A DNA stretch of 64,000 nt from Trichoplax adhaerens (Eukaryota > Animalia > Placozoa): assembly GCF_000150275.1 (NCBI RefSeq), contig NW_002060943.1, positions 10,572,209 to 10,636,208 of the forward strand, given 5' to 3'. Under the pieces are notes generated by a model. The model was not told the origin of the DNA. It saw only the letters and a program-made list of their open reading frames with translations, and searched no databases. The position numbers and the translations under genes are program-made. Position 1 is the first letter of the stretch, and every line of letters begins with the position of its first letter. Below are positions 61,101 to 64,000 of this stretch, piece after piece.

Positions 61101-64000
61101 TTCTTCACAAGTAAGCTAAAATTTCGTAATATTTCGATGATTAAGGTTTGAAATAATTATTAAACTTCATTAAAGTAAAATATATCTTTTTCAATGATAC
61201 GTATAGATGTCTTTAGCCGAAAACAAGATAAAAATGTTCCGACAAGAGCTTAAAAAGGCGCAAGATCAGAAAAATAATACTGCAGAAGAAGTATATCAGT
61301 TTACCTTATGCTTCCTAATTTTGAAAATTCTATAGAAAAGCTTTAAGAATAACTATGAGAAAATACTCAAAAGTGATCACTATAACGTAGGTATCCCAAT
61401 ACGAGAAAGTAATTCAAGAATTAAAGTCAAAGATCGCCAATATCCAGTCTGAAAGTCAAAGGAGCAACAAAGTTCTGGATGAAAAAGAAACTCAATTAGC
61501 TAATCTTAAAGCTGACTTAGTGGCTGCCAGAGACAGAGATAGCATTCACTCGACAGAGGTAATGAAAATGAATGATCTTTTCCAATATTTTTTAAAGTAG
61601 CTTCCCATAGGAACTAGTATCTCATTTACGTCGCTTGTTTCAATATTCGACACTGTTGGAATTCTAAAGGTGAAACACGTTAAAAGTGAATATGAAAAAA
61701 TCAAGAAACAGTATAAGATTACGATGGAGGAAGTAAGTAATTATTTTTAAAAGGGTTGGAAAAATAACTTTCTAAGCAATGATGTAAAACCATATTATAG
61801 CTTAAAGTTACTAGAGGATCGTTAGAAGAAGCCAGATCAAACGGTGATCGCTTGCATAAAGAGAGTGAATCAGTTGTTACGACAGTTAATCAATGGGTAA
61901 AAGAACAGAAGTGAGTGGATATAACCCGAATTTTATAGCATTTTATAATAAAATATCTTTGATTTCGTTAATTTACGGCGATAATAATTATAAACAATGT
62001 TTATTAATATTAAATTTTAGAGAAATTAATGAAAATCTTAATACTAAATTAAGGTAAGTAGATTAATAATGTCGATATTAGGACGTTATATTTTACAATG
62101 AAGAAATTTCAGCGCTCGTAGAAGATATGAGAACACTAAAAATTGTCATGATAGGACTTATTATTATTGCCTTATCAATATCTATTATCCATCTGTTAAA
62201 ACATTGCAATATAGAGAGCAAAATAGGACCATAGGATCATTAAAAGCTGAGAATGAGTAAGAGGATATAATTACGCGTTATTTCTCTAACTCACAATGAT
62301 TCACTTTAATACAATTCCAGTTAAAATCATGAGTTTAGGATATATTTGATGATTTCTATTTCATAGACGATTAATGGAAGAATTAAATCTATCCCGTAAA
62401 ACCCAAGTAAGCTATCAAAGGCAATTAGGTATGAAAATTTTTTTTTACAAATTGAAACTATTTCATCGATAAATAATTAATCGTTTATTTTTTGATTCCT
62501 AAAGATAACAGAGGCGTAGATGATGAAAGTTATAAGGTACAGGTTATGATTGTATTTGTTAATAGTTACATAGTTGATATCTCAGGCTATATTGTATGCT
62601 CATCTGTAGAATAAAGTGGTTCCAGATTCATAATGATATTAGCATAGATTTATACAGCAATTTCTATGACAGTTTTATATTCTAATCTAGTCAAGAAGAT
62701 ATTAAGACTATTATGAGAGATACTGTTAATTTAGTCGTTAAACTGCTAATAACTTAACAAGAACTATATGATATTTGTAAGAAATATAAAGATAGGTTAC
62801 AGTAGAAATCATGCATAGAACAGAAATTTATTTTATTTTTTCTTAGTCATTACAGTCCCATGCTACCCGTCAAAATCTAATGATTTCCAAATTGGAGAAG
62901 CACATTGAGCAATTACAGTAAGAACTATACATTGATAATTAATATGCTGAATAGAAGATTAAGCAATCGTGATAATTTATATTAGAAACGAACGAAAAGA
63001 TATGATTGAGATTATTGATGATTATAAGCCGCATACTAGTTCTTACCAGGACTTGAGTCAAAAGGTTAGTTGGTTGTAGCATGGAGGTGTCGTTTTAGTC
63101 TCGCTATTTTCAATTATCTTACGCTGATTTAGAATCTATGGATTACCTAATGAAATCTAATTTGTAGGTAAATGAGCTCAATCGAGAAGTTATTCGGCAT
63201 CAGTCGCTGGCTGAACGTGAACAAGCAAATCGTAAGGTATCGTATTGGAGTAGAGTGATATTCAGAATATACCCGGACCGTTTGACGGAATAAAATGATA
63301 TTTACTCCTTCGTTAATATTAATTGCGATAGCACGCAGCATAAGGAATAAAATTTGTATATAAATTTATGTATACTTTAATTTTTTATTTGATAGATTAT
63401 GGAGGATGAGATAGAGAAGAAAGACGCTATGATTGCCGATTTACGCCATCGGATCGCTGGTATCTCAAATTACGAAGAGCGTAAATTTGACAGTAGAACA
63501 TTAAATCAACCTAATCGTTATTACAAGGAAGATTTATATTCGTCGCGATATCCAAAAGACTTGTAAGTTATTCTGCTTTAACAAAAATTCCAGATATTAT
63601 ACGTGATATGAAGAAATATCTGTATATTTTAATCTAATGGTAATATTTTATTGGATTAGGGATGGGAGAGAAAAGGTTAATACTGGACACATATATAGTG
63701 AATTATCTTCTTACTGGGTTTATGTTGAATTTAACGCCATAAATTATTCATAAGTTAATAATCGCAATAATATTTCTCTCAAGATTCAAAAAGTTATGCG
63801 AGATGCGATGGAAGAGACAGGTGTCAGTGACCCCGAAATCTTAGAAAAGTCCTATTGGATTCAAAAAGTCGGAGAGGTGAAATAGATTTCTTACTTAGAA
63901 ATTGATAAGCAATTTCTAATCGTTCGTACATTTCGCAGTTTACTTTAATCAAGAAATATCAAGTAATCTGTTGACAATAAATTCAATTTTTAGTTATATT
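40113..64000 (+). CDS. Giant coiled-coil protein, PMFBP1-like; about 80 exons visible, 3' end beyond the window
   Basis: ATG 40113 gives MEEDYRQF...EEFRNLYQNRL, followed by NLQSYVEELSEQNDSLVHTVEDLERE and a long heptad rod. The C-terminal VNQWVKEQKEINENLNTKLREQ resembles the recalled [20 protein letters not shown] segment of PMFBP1, and SYWIQKVGE lies near the window end. The exons splice in frame by manual reading. The family name is from memory, not a search. Confidence 0.7.
40563..41830 (-). pseudogene. Possible spliced antisense pseudogene (about 7 exons, unknown family) in the first coding intron of the coiled-coil gene
   Basis: A chain of phase-compatible GT-AG introns on the minus strand separates less AT-rich blocks. 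Four internal exons each carry one in-frame stop. Confidence 0.3.
44406..45096 (+). other. GC-AG intron in the coiled-coil gene
   Basis: Donor GAG|GCAAGT closes an exon of exactly 84 nt (44322-44405), the modal exon size of the array. Confidence 0.8.
51830..53183 (-). pseudogene. Possible degraded F-box/LRR gene nested antisense in a large intron of the coiled-coil gene
   Basis: Minus-strand LQSIGDITELENFSFPSTKL*RITQKLRSVSRT*K (52650-52546) is F-box-like, followed by LRR-like ISVLKLSKN and LLCLDITNTAAIND. Many stops are present. Confidence 0.35.
55676..55717 (+). pseudogene. Decayed partial duplicate (pseudo-exon) of the exon starting at 55800
   Basis: 33/42 nt identical to 55800-55841 (IDDLKAKLRDN*FE vs TNDMKAKLHDNQLE). 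The acceptor ATAAG has become ATAAA and a CAA codon has become TAA. Confidence 0.8.

Larger units (their letters stand above)
44112..61732 (+). repeat. Array of 64 phase-0 exons encoding a 28-residue (4-heptad) coiled-coil repeat
   Basis: Manually delimited AG|...|GT exons, in codons: 40 x 28, 7 x 21, 2 x 56, one each of 14, 35 and 49, 7 x 25, 2 x 18, 2 x 32, and 1 x 17. Confidence 0.88.

Noticed and set aside
44112-61732. Regularly spaced units interpreted as a CRISPR array or DNA satellite
   Set aside because: There are no identical DNA repeats. The periodicity comes from exon length and protein heptads in a eukaryotic gene.
62401-62536. Apparent frame break or stop after ...SRKTQ in the coiled-coil gene
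   Set aside because: Using the downstream phase-1 donor (TTA G|GTATGA) restores the frame: ...QVSYQRQL-DNRGVDDESYK.

Overview
Eukaryotic, very AT-rich, gene-dense genomic DNA with many short GT-AG introns (mostly about 60-150 nt). The ORF track therefore shows only exon fragments. Composition, intron size and gene content suggest an early-branching animal, most plausibly a placozoan such as Trichoplax (inference only). Manual splicing gives six protein-coding genes: the 3' end of MROH1 (+), rotatin RTTN (+), paraplegin SPG7 (-), esterase OVCA2 (+), WDR97-like (-), and a very large PMFBP1-like coiled-coil gene (+) that runs off the right edge. The most striking structure is in the last gene. 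Its rod (about 1,770 residues) is encoded by 64 consecutive phase-0 exons quantised to the coiled-coil heptad: 40 are exactly 84 nt (28 codons), 12 more are other multiples of 7 codons, 11 are 7n+4 (stutter-sized) and one is 7n+3. A decayed duplicate exon survives in one intron. Other observations are promoter-associated TACAG arrays, a Forkhead-site tandem repeat, an RFX X-box between the two divergent cilia/sperm-type genes, two GC-AG introns, and two probable antisense pseudogene relics inside large introns. No rRNA, tRNA, CRISPR array or intact mobile element was recognised. All exon calls are by eye and have no transcript support.
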